A stretch of 32,000 nt of DNA from the NCBI RefSeq assembly GCF_021391535.1, contig NZ_CP090066.1:2682489-2714488 (forward strand). Reading direction: 5' to 3'. Below, in pieces: positions 20,147 to 28,404 of this stretch (the stretch's first letter is position 1; every line of letters starts with the position of its first letter). Below the pieces are notes generated by a model. It worked only from the letters and a program-made list of their open reading frames with translations. It was not told where the DNA came from and did no database searches. Origin of the DNA: Aurantimonas sp. HBX-1. GTDB taxonomy: Bacteria > Pseudomonadota > Alphaproteobacteria > Rhizobiales > Rhizobiaceae. Position numbers and translations under genes: made by a program.

Positions 20147-23100
20147 TCAGACCGCCCGGCCGATCACGGCGCTGCGGGCCGTCCCCGCGCCCCATTGCGG
20201 GCTCACCTGGGCGACGCGGAGCGTCAGCGCCGCCGGCAACGCCCCGAAGGCCGCCGCCAGTTCCCCGGCCGGCACCGCCAGCGCCGGCCCGTCCGTCTCC
20301 CGCACCAGGAGCCCACCCGCCGCGTCCGTGATCTCGATGCGGTAGAGTTCGCGCTCCTCGCCGAGCGGCACTTCTATGCCGTCCCAGCCGTCGCCGCCGA
20401 TCCGCGTCCGGCGGATCCAGGTGGCCGTCAGGCTGCCGTCGGCGGCGTAGGTTCCGGCCAGATGCACCGGCGACAGCGGCTTCACCGAGCGGTGGCCCAG
20501 CGCCGCGGTGACGCTCACCACGGCCGGATCGTCGAGCGGCCGGCCGAGCGGCGCGACCCGCCAGGCAAGGCTCCGGCCGACGTCCCGGCTGGTCAGCCCG
20601 AGCGCGCCGGCGCCGGCATCGAGCAGCACGAAGGCCGCACCCGCCGCCGCTCCCGCCGCCATCGCGTCCTCCGTCCCGCCCTGCCCACGCAGCAGGCCGG
20701 CAAGCTCGAACTCGAATGGCGCCACCTCTTCGGCGATCTCGAACTGCAGCACTTCCCAGAGCCCCGGCGCGGCTTCCACGGCGCAGAGATTGCCGCCGTC
20801 CAGCATCGCCGCATGCGAGATCGACGCCAGCGCGCCGCGATAGAGCCGCACCCGCGGCCGGTTCGCCCGGTCGACGATCCCGACCGGCCTCGCCGCCAGC
20901 GCCCGCGTCAGGATGCCGGCGGTCGCCGGGCGGCTCGCCGTCGCCCGCCGCTCGGGTGCGCCGTCGGTGCCGGCGGCGGTGATCACACAGGGGACCCAGG
21001 GTTTGGCGACGACGGCAAAGCGCGCGCCGGCGATGCCCTCGCCGCCGTCCGGCAGCGGCAGGTCGAGGAGATGCACCACCGGCCGCGACGCCAGCCCCGG
21101 CCGGCCCGGCTGCGGCGTTGGTCCTGGCGCGCCCTGGTCGGGCCTCGCGCGCCGGCGCGGCGGCAGGCGCCGCGCCTCGATGCGCCGCGCCGCGCCGGTC
21201 TCGATCCGCGTCACCAGCCAGTCGCCCGGCCGCTCGGCAAGCGTCACCACGTCGCCGGTCTCGAGCCCGAGCATCGACGGCGCGACGGCAAGCCGCGCGG
21301 TCTCCGCGATGACGCCGGCCTCCTGCAGCATCGCCGCCGCCAGTTCCCGCGCCTGGTCCTCCTCCAGCACCACCGGCAGGTCGACGACCGCCTTGCGCGG
21401 ATGCGCCGCCTCCGCCCGCACCGCCTCGGCCGAGGCCGGCTGGTAGGCGCGGGCCGGATCGAGGAAGCCGAGCGCGATCTCTTCCGCCGCCTCGCCCGCC
21501 TCGCCGCGCCGCCGCTCGACATAGGCGCCCTCGTCGTCGACGAACGCGCCGATGTCCGAAACCGGCGACACCCGCGCCAGCGAGCGGAACACCAGCCCGC
21601 CGCCCGAGACATGCGCCACCGTGCCGGTCAGCCGCATCAGCTCTTCCAGCGCGCGGCGCGCCGTGTCCGGCCCCGAGACGACGAAGCCGCCGATCGAGGC
21701 TTCCACGGCGGAGACGTCGTAGTCGCCGATGCCGTGGTCCTCGAGCATCGCCGCGATCAGCGCGTCCACCGGCGCATTGGCCAGGCGGCCGCTCAGCCAG
21801 TGGCCGCGCCGCCAGTTGTCGCCGTCGCTCCAGACGTCGGTGCGGCCCGGAAACGCCGGATAGGGCCGCGCATCCCAGGTCCAGAGGTGGATTGCGCCCG
21901 GATCGACCATCCGCCCGCCATAGAGCGGCGAGACCGGGTTGTTCGCCGCGGTGAAATCCGGCGAGGCTGGGTCCCAGTAGCCGAGCTGCGCCTCGAGGAA
22001 CCGCCGCTGCACCAGGTCGTCCCGGCCGCCGGCGGAGAAATGCGGCACGAAGCTCTCGGACGATTTCGGATCCACGAAGACATTCGGCTGGTTCGGCCCG
22101 CGGTGGATCGCCGGGCAGCCGAGCTCGGTGAACCAGATCGGCTTCGACATCGGCACCCAGGGCGACGGGCCCGCCACCTCCACGCCGCCGCGCCGCTCGA
22201 CATGGGGATTGGCCCACCAGCTGGCGATGTCCTTCGGTCGGAACACCCACGGCTTGCCCGCCGCGCCGTCGGTGATCGGGGTGCGCAGCCCGGCCGCCCG
22301 GTCGGCATCGCCGGCATAGTACCAGTCGAAATACTCCCCGCCCGCGATCCCCGCCCGCAGCGCCGGCACATCGTAGTCCGACGGCGCGCCATCCTCTGCC
22401 GTGGCGCCGTCTCGCCGGTCGGCAAGCGGCAAATAATTGTCGATGCCGACGACGTCGATCGCCGGCGAGGCCCAGAGCGGATCGAGATGGTAGAATACGT
22501 CGCCCGACCCGTCCGCCGGCTGGTGGCCGGAATACTCGCTCCAGTCCGCCGCATAGGTGACGATCGCTTCCGGCATCATCGCCTTCACCGCCTCGGCGAT
22601 GTCGATCAACCCCTCGACGAAGGGGAACCGCCCGTCGCCGTCGCGGATCTGCGTCAGGCCGCGCATTTCCGAGCCGATGACGAAGGCGTCGACGCCGGCA
22701 AGCTTGGCTAGATGCGCCTGGTGGAAGATCATCCGGCGATAGGACCATTCGGCCGGCCCGGAATAGCCGATCCCGCCCGCCCCGACGCTGAAATCCGACG
22801 GATCGGCCGTTCCGAGAAACGCGTCCACCGCCGTCCGTGCCGCCGCCGTGCCGTCCGGCGAGCCCGGCCTGCCGGGCGCGATATCCAGCGTCATCCGGCC
22901 GCGCCAGGGAAACGCCGCCTGCGCCGCCCCGCCATAGGGGTCGGGCAGCGCGTTGCCTTGCGGCACGTCCATCAGGATGAACGGGTAGTAGGTGACCGCG
23001 AGCCCCCGTGCCTTCAGGTCGGCGATCGCCCGCAGGACGCCGGCGTCGCTCGGCGTGCCGCCGAAGGCCGGACCGCCGCCGAGCCGGCTGATCAGCCTTG

Positions 23101-24031
23101 CGCCGCCGCGCCCGACGCCGCCGGCCCGCCAGGTCTCGTCCTCGTCGCGCGCCGAAAGTTCCACCCCCGGCCGCAGCGTGCAGTGCCCCGCCCGCAGATC
23201 GTCGCCGAACCAGGAGACGACCAGCGCCGCGCGCCCGAGCGCCGGGCAGAGCGCGCCGAGTTCGTCCAGCGAGGCCGTCCAGTCGCTGGCCTTGTAGAGC
23301 ATGTTGCGGTTCACCAGCCGGTCCTCGCCCGGCCCCAGCCGCTCGCGCACCGGGCGCGGGTCGAGCCCGTGCTCGCTGGCGCCGGGGATGATCGTCACCG
23401 CCCGGATCTGGCTCTCCAGCCGGCCCACCGGGCGCAGCACCTCGCAGGAGATCTGCGGGATGCGGTTGCCCCAGCGCTCCAGCGGCAGCCGCTCGAAGAC
23501 GAGATAGGCAAGGCCGCGATAGGCCGGCGCGTTGCCCGCGCCCTGCCGCGCCTCGATCAGCGGATCGGGCGCCTGTCCCTCGTCGCCGCGATAGACGCGG
23601 TATACGATGTCGGAGAGGTCGAGTTCCTCGCCGTCCGCCCAGACCCGCCTTATCGCGGCGATCGGCCCCTCGCAGAGCCCGACGGCGACATTACCGTAAT
23701 AGCTGTAGGTGGTGACCTCCACCCGCGGGCCGCCCTTGCCGCCCTGGCGCTCGGTGTCGGAATCCTCCTCGAAACGCGTCGTCCAGATCACCTGGCCGGC
23801 AACCCGCGCGCTGCCGTAGACGCGCGGGATGCCGGCGCCCTCGTCGGCCTGCATGATGCGGCTGCCTGTGAGCCGCGGCCCCTCGCTGCGCGTCGTGCCG
23901 CCGAACAGCCAGGAATCCACCGAAGCGCCCGCCAGCGCCCCGGCGGCGCGGCCGAGCACCGCGCCGAACGGCCCGCCCAGCACGCCGCCGACGAGGCTGC
24001 CCGCCGCCTGCAACAGGATCGTCGCCATCAC
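20147..24031 (-). CDS. GTA g15-like large baseplate/host-specificity multidomain protein
   Basis: 1294 aa. It has a Gly-rich hydrophobic N-terminus (MMATILLQAAGSLVGGVLGGPFGAVLGRAAG) and a central glycoside-hydrolase/TIM-barrel-like region. Size and position directly after the NlpC/P60 gene match RcGTA g15. Confidence 0.9.
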   Translation of the reverse strand: MMATILLQAAGSLVGGVLGGPFGAVLGRAAGALAGASVDSWLFGGTTRSEGPRLTGSRIMQADEGAGIPRVYGSARVAGQVIWTTRFEEDSDTERQGGKGGPRVEVTTYSYYGNVAVGLCEGPIAAIRRVWADGEELDLSDIVYRVYRGDEGQAPDPLIEARQGAGNAPAYRGLAYLVFERLPLERWGNRIPQISCEVLRPVGRLESQIRAVTIIPGASEHGLDPRPVRERLGPGEDRLVNRNMLYKASDWTASLDELGALCPALGRAALVVSWFGDDLRAGHCTLRPGVELSARDEDETWRAGGVGRGGARLISRLGGGPAFGGTPSDAGVLRAIADLKARGLAVTYYPFILMDVPQGNALPDPYGGAAQAAFPWRGRMTLDIAPGRPGSPDGTAAARTAVDAFLGTADPSDFSVGAGGIGYSGPAEWSYRRMIFHQAHLAKLAGVDAFVIGSEMRGLTQIRDGDGRFPFVEGLIDIAEAVKAMMPEAIVTYAADWSEYSGHQPADGSGDVFYHLDPLWASPAIDVVGIDNYLPLADRRDGATAEDGAPSDYDVPALRAGIAGGEYFDWYYAGDADRAAGLRTPITDGAAGKPWVFRPKDIASWWANPHVERRGGVEVAGPSPWVPMSKPIWFTELGCPAIHRGPNQPNVFVDPKSSESFVPHFSAGGRDDLVQRRFLEAQLGYWDPASPDFTAANNPVSPLYGGRMVDPGAIHLWTWDARPYPAFPGRTDVWSDGDNWRRGHWLSGRLANAPVDALIAAMLEDHGIGDYDVSAVEASIGGFVVSGPDTARRALEELMRLTGTVAHVSGGGLVFRSLARVSPVSDIGAFVDDEGAYVERRRGEAGEAAEEIALGFLDPARAYQPASAEAVRAEAAHPRKAVVDLPVVLEEDQARELAAAMLQEAGVIAETARLAVAPSMLGLETGDVVTLAERPGDWLVTRIETGAARRIEARRLPPRRRARPDQGAPGPTPQPGRPGLASRPVVHLLDLPLPDGGEGIAGARFAVVAKPWVPCVITAAGTDGAPERRATASRPATAGILTRALAARPVGIVDRANRPRVRLYRGALASISHAAMLDGGNLCAVEAAPGLWEVLQFEIAEEVAPFEFELAGLLRGQGGTEDAMAAGAAAGAAFVLLDAGAGALGLTSRDVGRSLAWRVAPLGRPLDDPAVVSVTAALGHRSVKPLSPVHLAGTYAADGSLTATWIRRTRIGGDGWDGIEVPLGEERELYRIEITDAAGGLLVRETDGPALAVPAGELAAAFGALPAALTLRVAQVSPQWGAGTARSAVIGRAV

Positions 24032-24466
24032 CTACTCCGGAAACCGAAAGACGCCGGCGATCCGCGCCGACCAGGCATGCGGCAGCGGCGAGGAGACGAC
24101 CGCGGCGCCCTCATAGGCGTGGATCACCCGCCCGTCCGCGTCGGCGATGCCGCAATGGCTCGCCGGCGCGCCGTCCCGCCAGCGAAACAGCAGCACGTCC
24201 CCCGGCAGCATCCCGGCGGCCTCGACCGCCACGAGATGCCGGCGCGCCGCTTCCATCAGCCGGTCCGGCCCGCCGCGCACCGCCCAGTCGGTGCGATACG
24301 GCCCGGGCGCCTCCGGCTCGCTTCCGTAGAGCTCCCGCCAGACCCCGCGCACCAGGCCGAGACAGTCGCAGCCGATGCCGCGCCGGCTGCCCTGGTGCCG
24401 ATAGGGCGTGCCGAGGAAGCTTCGTGCCACGGTCAGCGCCACCGCCGGCCGCGTCGACGCGGTCAT
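24032..24466 (-). CDS. GTA g14-like phage cell-wall peptidase, NlpC/P60 family
   Basis: 144 aa with the catalytic Cys context FLGTPYRHQGSRRGIGCDCLGLVRGVW and a downstream His (SHCGI). ATGA coupling links it to g13 upstream. Confidence 0.9.
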   Translation of the reverse strand: MTASTRPAVALTVARSFLGTPYRHQGSRRGIGCDCLGLVRGVWRELYGSEPEAPGPYRTDWAVRGGPDRLMEAARRHLVAVEAAGMLPGDVLLFRWRDGAPASHCGIADADGRVIHAYEGAAVVSSPLPHAWSARIAGVFRFPE

Positions 24467-25353
24467 GGCACCACCGGCGAGCCGTCATGGACGCCGTCGC
24501 TCTTGGCGATCGAGAACACCTGGTCGCCGCCCGGAATATGCGGGAAGCCGCGGAAATTCGCCTGATTGCCGAAGCGGTCGCGGCAGGTCGAAAAGCGCCG
24601 ATCGCAGCCTTCGGTCAGCCGCAGCCGGTTGCCCGGCTGAACCGCCGCCTCCGGCGGATCGGCCAGCGCCACCCGGACCGTGCCGAGCCCGGTCGTCGCG
24701 GCCGTGACGACCTCCGCCGCCAGCCCCGCCGCCGCGCCGTCGAGAAACACCGCCCCGCCGAAGCCGAAGCGGCCCGGATTGCCGCCAAGGTCGCCGGCCA
24801 CCAGCACCGCGGCAGCCTCGGTGCCGGCGATGACCACCTCGATCGTATGGGGCGGCTCCTGCGCCGGAAACCGGCAGCGATGGTCGCCGAACACCGCGTC
24901 GCAGCGGCGCCGATAGAGCCGCCCGCGCACCCGGTCGAGCGCCGCCGTCAGCCCGCGCAGTTCCGCGGCAAAACCGGTCTCGCCGTATTTCACCTCGCCG
25001 AGTTCGGCGACGTCGAGCAGCAGGTGCGACGCCGGGTCCTGCCAGTCGACGGCGAAGATCTCGACCCTCGCGCCGTCGAACCGACCGGCCCTGATGTCGG
25101 CCTCGTCGATCGCCGCCGACGCCAGTGCGCCCTCCACTTCCGATGTCGTCGCCGCCAGTCCGAGCGTCGCCTCGGCCTCCGTCGCGCTCAGCCCCGTCGC
25201 CGCCTCGAACACGGTGCCGGCGAAATGCAGCGGCGCGTCGTGGTCGGTGAAGCCGAGGACGACGCCGTCCTTGCGCGTCAGCCGCCAGCCATGCGCCAGC
25301 GTCGTCGCCGGAAGCGCCAAATGGGCGGCCAGCGCCGCCGGAATGTCCCTCAT
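24463..25353 (-). CDS. GTA g13-like tail hub protein (DUF2163 / BR0599-type)
   Basis: 296 aa. The N-terminus LAAHLALPATTLAHGWRLTRKDGVVLGFTDHDAPLHF matches the conserved opening of this family. The C-terminal CDRRFSTCRDRFGNQANFRGFPHIPG is its typical Cys-containing tail. Confidence 0.9.
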   Translation of the reverse strand: MRDIPAALAAHLALPATTLAHGWRLTRKDGVVLGFTDHDAPLHFAGTVFEAATGLSATEAEATLGLAATTSEVEGALASAAIDEADIRAGRFDGARVEIFAVDWQDPASHLLLDVAELGEVKYGETGFAAELRGLTAALDRVRGRLYRRRCDAVFGDHRCRFPAQEPPHTIEVVIAGTEAAAVLVAGDLGGNPGRFGFGGAVFLDGAAAGLAAEVVTAATTGLGTVRVALADPPEAAVQPGNRLRLTEGCDRRFSTCRDRFGNQANFRGFPHIPGGDQVFSIAKSDGVHDGSPVVP

Positions 25354-25985
25354 GGCCGGATCTCGATCAGCGGAATGGACGGGATGTCGCCGGCCTCGAA
25401 GGCGGCGACGTTGACGCTCAGCTGCTCGACGTCGAAGCGCACCGGCACGTCGAAGGCGAAGCCCGCCGTCACCGCCGCCCCGGCGCCCGGCGGCGCCGCG
25501 AAGGTGACGCTCCCGGACACCGTGTCGATCGCGAAACCCGCCGCGACCTCCACCCCGTCCACCGCGACCGTCACGGTGCCGGCCACCGGCTTCTCGATCG
25601 GCCGGTGATAGGCCGCCTCGCCCTCGCCGTAGATCTTGCGCAGGCTGAAGCGCGTCGTCACCCCGTCGCCGATGCCGAGCAACTGGTCGAACGCCCCGGC
25701 CGGCGCGCCATACGGCGCCGTATGCCAGTCGAGCGGGTCGCGAAAGCGGAAGCCGGTCAGCCGTCCCCGCCGCGCCTCGAAGAACGCCAGCACTTCGGCG
25801 AGATCGGCGAGGCTCCGCAGCCCCGACCCGGCATCGTAGCGCCGCACCGAATGGCGGTGCCGCAGATTGCGGTGCTCGAACCCCGTCGACAGCCGCACGA
25901 TCTCCACCCGCCGCCCCGGCCCGCCGCTCGTCCCGAAGGACAGCCGCAGCGGAAACCGCACTTCGTCGAACGCCGCGATCGCCAT
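25350..25985 (-). CDS. GTA g12-like distal tail protein (DUF2460-type)
   Basis: 211 aa. FDEVRFPLRLSFGTSGGPGRRVEIVRLSTGFEHRNLRHRHSVRRYDAGSGLRSLADLAEVLAFFEARRGRLTGFRFRD is the hallmark N-terminal block of this family. Confidence 0.9.
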   Translation of the reverse strand: MAIAAFDEVRFPLRLSFGTSGGPGRRVEIVRLSTGFEHRNLRHRHSVRRYDAGSGLRSLADLAEVLAFFEARRGRLTGFRFRDPLDWHTAPYGAPAGAFDQLLGIGDGVTTRFSLRKIYGEGEAAYHRPIEKPVAGTVTVAVDGVEVAAGFAIDTVSGSVTFAAPPGAGAAVTAGFAFDVPVRFDVEQLSVNVAAFEAGDIPSIPLIEIRP

Positions 25986-25987
25986 GG

Positions 25988-26554
25988 CTAGAGCCCCCGC
26001 CGGCCGCGGCCTGCCGCGCGCGCCAGCATCGCCTGGATCTGCGCCTCCGAGCGCCGGAAGCTCTCGGCGTCCGGGCTGGTCACGTTGAAGACGATGGAAG
26101 GCCCTGCCCCGCCGCCGGGTGCCGCGACGCCCAGCGTGCCGTCAGCGCCGCGCCGCAGCGGCAGGATCGCCTCCGCCCCCGCCTCGCCCATCAGCCCGAG
26201 GTTTCCGCCGGCCGGAAAGAAGCTCGGCGTCCCGACGACGCCGCCCTTGGCGAACGGCAGGATGCGCGGCGCCTGTCCCGCCACCGCGCCGATGCTCCCG
26301 AGCACCTGGCCGAGCTGGCCCGCCGCCAGGCTGGTCAGCGGCCGCAGCGCCGCGTCGAGGGCGATGCCGGAGATGCGTTGGGCGAGCTGGCGCAGCACCG
26401 TGTCGAAGCTCCGCCCGCCTGATACCGCGCCGCGCAGGGCCGAACTGATCGCGGTCCCGAAGCTGTTTGCCCGGCGCGTCAGGTCGTCCATCGCCTGCGC
26501 AAAGCCGCTCGTATCGGCGACGATGGCAACGCTCAGCGTCTCGTCATCTTCCAT
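25988..26554 (-). CDS. GTA g11-like short tail tape measure protein
   Basis: 188 aa, helical and Ala/Gly-rich, located between the chaperone pair and g12. A short tape measure is characteristic of RcGTA-like particles. Confidence 0.8.
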   Translation of the reverse strand: MEDDETLSVAIVADTSGFAQAMDDLTRRANSFGTAISSALRGAVSGGRSFDTVLRQLAQRISGIALDAALRPLTSLAAGQLGQVLGSIGAVAGQAPRILPFAKGGVVGTPSFFPAGGNLGLMGEAGAEAILPLRRGADGTLGVAAPGGGAGPSIVFNVTSPDAESFRRSEAQIQAMLARAAGRGRRGL

Positions 26555-26564
26555 GGATCGTCCC

Positions 26565-26783
26565 TCAGGGGTCGGGAAACTGCCGGATCAGCGCGGCCAG
26601 CTCGGCCCGCCGCAGCGGCTGCAGGATCGGGCCGCCGACGGGCCTGAGCGCCGCGGCGAGTTCGCGCGGCGTCATCGCCCAGAAGTCGCGTGGGGCAAGC
26701 CGCAGATGGCCGAGCCCCGCCGCCATCGCCGCGTCCCAGGGAAATGCCGCGCCGCCGGCCTGCTCCGCCGGCGCGGCGCTCAA
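26565..26783 (-). CDS. GTA g10.1-like tail assembly chaperone segment (rcc01693-type)
   Basis: 72 aa. FPWDAAMAAGLGHLRLAPRDFWAMTPRELAAAL...LRRAELAALIRQFPD matches the conserved pattern of this small family. The only in-frame start upstream of the conserved block is TTG 26781-26783, which has no well-spaced SD. The frame is -1 relative to g10. Confidence 0.78.
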   Translation of the reverse strand: MSAAPAEQAGGAAFPWDAAMAAGLGHLRLAPRDFWAMTPRELAAALRPVGGPILQPLRRAELAALIRQFPDP

Positions 26784-27124
26784 GGGTTTGCGCCGGTCTC
26801 CGTGCCCGGCTCCGGCACCCCGAAGGCGGCCGTCAGCAGTTCCGCCGCGAGCCGCGCGGCGCCCGCCGCGCCGTCCTCGATGTGCATCGCCGCCACCTCG
26901 GCCTCGCTCGCGCTATCGCCGGCGCCCCGCAGCCCGGCGCTGAGGATGCGGATCAGGTCGCGCGCCGACAGCCTTCCGGCGCCGAAGCGTTCGGCGAGGT
27001 CCGCGAGATTGTCGGCGGCGAAACTGTCCTCCAGCTCCGCGAGCGCCCCGAGCGTCAGGCAGAGCGTCCGCTCGCTTCCATCGATGATCGCGGATACCTC
27101 GCCGCGCCGCCGGTTCGCCGCCAT
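26780..27124 (-). CDS. GTA g10-like tail assembly chaperone
   Basis: 114 aa from ATG 27122-27124 (MAANRRRGEVSAIIDGSERTLCLTLGALAELED...). It starts 2 nt after the g9 stop and lies between the tail tube and tape measure genes. The 263-aa ORF-track version runs across g9 in another frame and is discarded. Confidence 0.8.
   Translation of the reverse strand: MAANRRRGEVSAIIDGSERTLCLTLGALAELEDSFAADNLADLAERFGAGRLSARDLIRILSAGLRGAGDSASEAEVAAMHIEDGAAGAARLAAELLTAAFGVPEPGTETGANP
26783..26789 (-). promoter_or_regulatory. Candidate -1 programmed ribosomal frameshift heptamer A_AAC_CCT, immediately before the g10 stop
   Basis: The minus strand reads GAG ACC GGC GCA AAC CCT TGA GCG. A AAC CCT fits X_XXY_YYZ in the g10 frame. 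A -1 slip gives AAA CCC TTG AGC GCC..., which is the g10.1 frame. A 7-bp GC hairpin (CGCCGGC-GGAGCAG-GCCGGCG) starts 7 nt downstream. Confidence 0.45.
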
Positions 27125-27126
27125 GG

Positions 27127-27555
27127 TCAGAGCGCCGCGAAGACGAGCGCGCCGGCCGATTCCAGCGTCGCCTCGAAGCTCACCTCGCCATTGTGCTCGC
27201 CGCCATATTCCAGCGCCGTCACCTGGAACGGCCCGGTAATAGTGCCGAAATCCGGGATCACCGCCTGGAACGGCACGACCCGCGAGGCAAAGAAGATCTG
27301 CCGCAGCGCCGCGTCCGAGGCCGCGTCCTTGAAGATGCCGGCGCCCGACAGCGAGGCGCGCTGCACCCCGGCCCCGCCCAGGAGCTCGCGCCAGCGCCCA
27401 GCGCTCTCGGCATCGGTGATGTCGACCGTCTCGGCATTGAAGGCGATCCGCCGCGTCCTGAGCCCCGCCAAGGTGACGAAGCCGCCATTGCCGGCCTCGT
27501 CCACCTTCAGGAGCAGGTCCTTGCCTTTCTGGGCCACCATTGCGGAATTCCTCAT
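27127..27555 (-). CDS. GTA g9-like major tail (tube) protein, TP901-1 family
   Basis: KGKDLLLKVDEAGNGGFVTLAGLRTRRIAFNAETVDITD... is typical of this family. The true start is probably the second ATG (27538-27540, MVAQKGK...), which has the SD AGGAA 7 nt upstream. Confidence 0.9.
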   Translation of the reverse strand: MRNSAMVAQKGKDLLLKVDEAGNGGFVTLAGLRTRRIAFNAETVDITDAESAGRWRELLGGAGVQRASLSGAGIFKDAASDAALRQIFFASRVVPFQAVIPDFGTITGPFQVTALEYGGEHNGEVSFEATLESAGALVFAAL

Positions 27556-27579
27556 CTCGGCGCCGGCGCACCGGCCATG

Positions 27580-27604
27580 AAAAAAGGCGACCCGAAGGGC
27601 CGCC
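27580..27604 (-). terminator. Canonical rho-independent terminator between g8 and g9 inside the GTA cluster
   Basis: The minus strand reads GGCGGCCC-TTC-GGGTCGCC (8-bp stem with one G-U pair) followed directly by TTTTTT. The stem is at 27604-27586 and the T-tract is the complement of 27580-27585. It lies 55 nt after the g8 stop and about 25 nt before the first g9 ATG. Confidence 0.6.
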
Positions 27605-27658
27605 TGGATGTCACTGCTGGACGTCGATGCTTGCAGGGCGCCGCCGGCGCCCCGCTGG

Positions 27659-28069
27659 TCAGGCGACCGGTTCGGTCACCGCCCGGAACCGCAATATGCC
27701 GTGATAGGCGGTGGATTCCGGCTCGCGCCGCGCCTCGGCGAATTGCAGCTGCAGGTTGATCAGGTGATGGCCCGGCAGCGCCATCGGCGTGTTGCTCAGG
27801 CGCTCGACCACCTTGTCCATGATCTCGTAGGTTTCCTGCTTGCCGCCGCCCTTCGCCCAGACATGCAGCGTCAGTATGTGTTCCGCCCCGTCCTCGGTGC
27901 CGGTCGACCAGTCGACCACCGCGGTCCGGCCGAGGGTCAGATACGGAAACTTCGCCTGCTCCGGCCGGCGGTCGAAGACCTTCGGACCCCCGAGCAGCGC
28001 CGTCAGGCCCGGATCGGAGGTCAGGGTCTGGAAGATCACGCTCTGCAGTTCTGCGCTCGGATGCGCCAT
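27659..28069 (-). CDS. GTA g8-like tail terminator/completion protein (DUF3168-type)
   Basis: 136 aa. LQSVIFQTLTSDPGLTALLGGPKVFDRRPEQAKFPYLTLG...HILTLHVWAKGGGKQE matches the family pattern. An SD (AGGA) precedes the ATG. Confidence 0.87.
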   Translation of the reverse strand: MAHPSAELQSVIFQTLTSDPGLTALLGGPKVFDRRPEQAKFPYLTLGRTAVVDWSTGTEDGAEHILTLHVWAKGGGKQETYEIMDKVVERLSNTPMALPGHHLINLQLQFAEARREPESTAYHGILRFRAVTEPVA

Positions 28070-28200
28070 GTCACCATCCTCGCTCGCGTTCTGTTCTACG
28101 CTGTAAGATACGTTGATCGCCGCGCCGGGGAAGACGCCGACGCCGCGAATTATCTGAAATTTTCGTCATACCCCGCGCCGGCCCTGTCGCGCGCCCGGTT

Positions 28201-28404
28201 TCACGGGTCTTTGCGGGCGTCGCCGCGCCGTGCCGCCTTCGCGAACACCAACCCGGCTCCCGCTTCCCGCAAACGCGACGTCCGCGGCAGCGGCGCGTTC
28301 CCGACGAGGTCCCGCAGCGCCGCAAGCCGCGCCCGCAACGCCGCCGTGTCCGCCGGCATCACCGGCCGCAGCCTCGGCGCCTTCACCCGCACCGTGACCC
28401 GCAT
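28201..28404 (-). CDS. Hypothetical 67-aa basic protein in the g7-g8 gap (not part of the canonical RcGTA gene set; possibly a remnant)
   Basis: MRVTVRVKAPRLRPVMPADTAALRARLAALRDLVGNAPLPRTSRLREAGAGLVFAKAARRGDARKDP. Its ATG (28402-28404) overlaps the g7 TAA by one base (TAATG). Third-codon positions are almost all G/C, as in the real genes here. I recognise no family. Confidence 0.35.
   Translation of the reverse strand: MRVTVRVKAPRLRPVMPADTAALRARLAALRDLVGNAPLPRTSRLREAGAGLVFAKAARRGDARKDP

Noticed and set aside
19908-22748. 946-aa minus-strand ORF, plus the plus-strand ORFs 20195..22711 (838 aa) and 22712..24565 (617 aa), all overlapping g15/g14.
   Set aside because: These are alternative-frame artefacts (Arg/Gly/Pro/Ala runs) inside the well-supported 1294-aa g15 frame. 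Only the last 68 codons of the 946-aa ORF (19908..20114) lie outside g15. That part has its own strong SD and ATG, so I call only that part a gene.
28071-28169. 32-aa basic ORF (MTKISDNSRRRRLPRRGDQRILQRRTERERGW) ending 1 nt before the g8 ATG.
   Set aside because: Third codon positions are mostly A/T, unlike every credible gene here. It is very short and low-complexity, with no SD. I treat it as part of the AT-rich non-coding patch (see the finding on 28070-28404).
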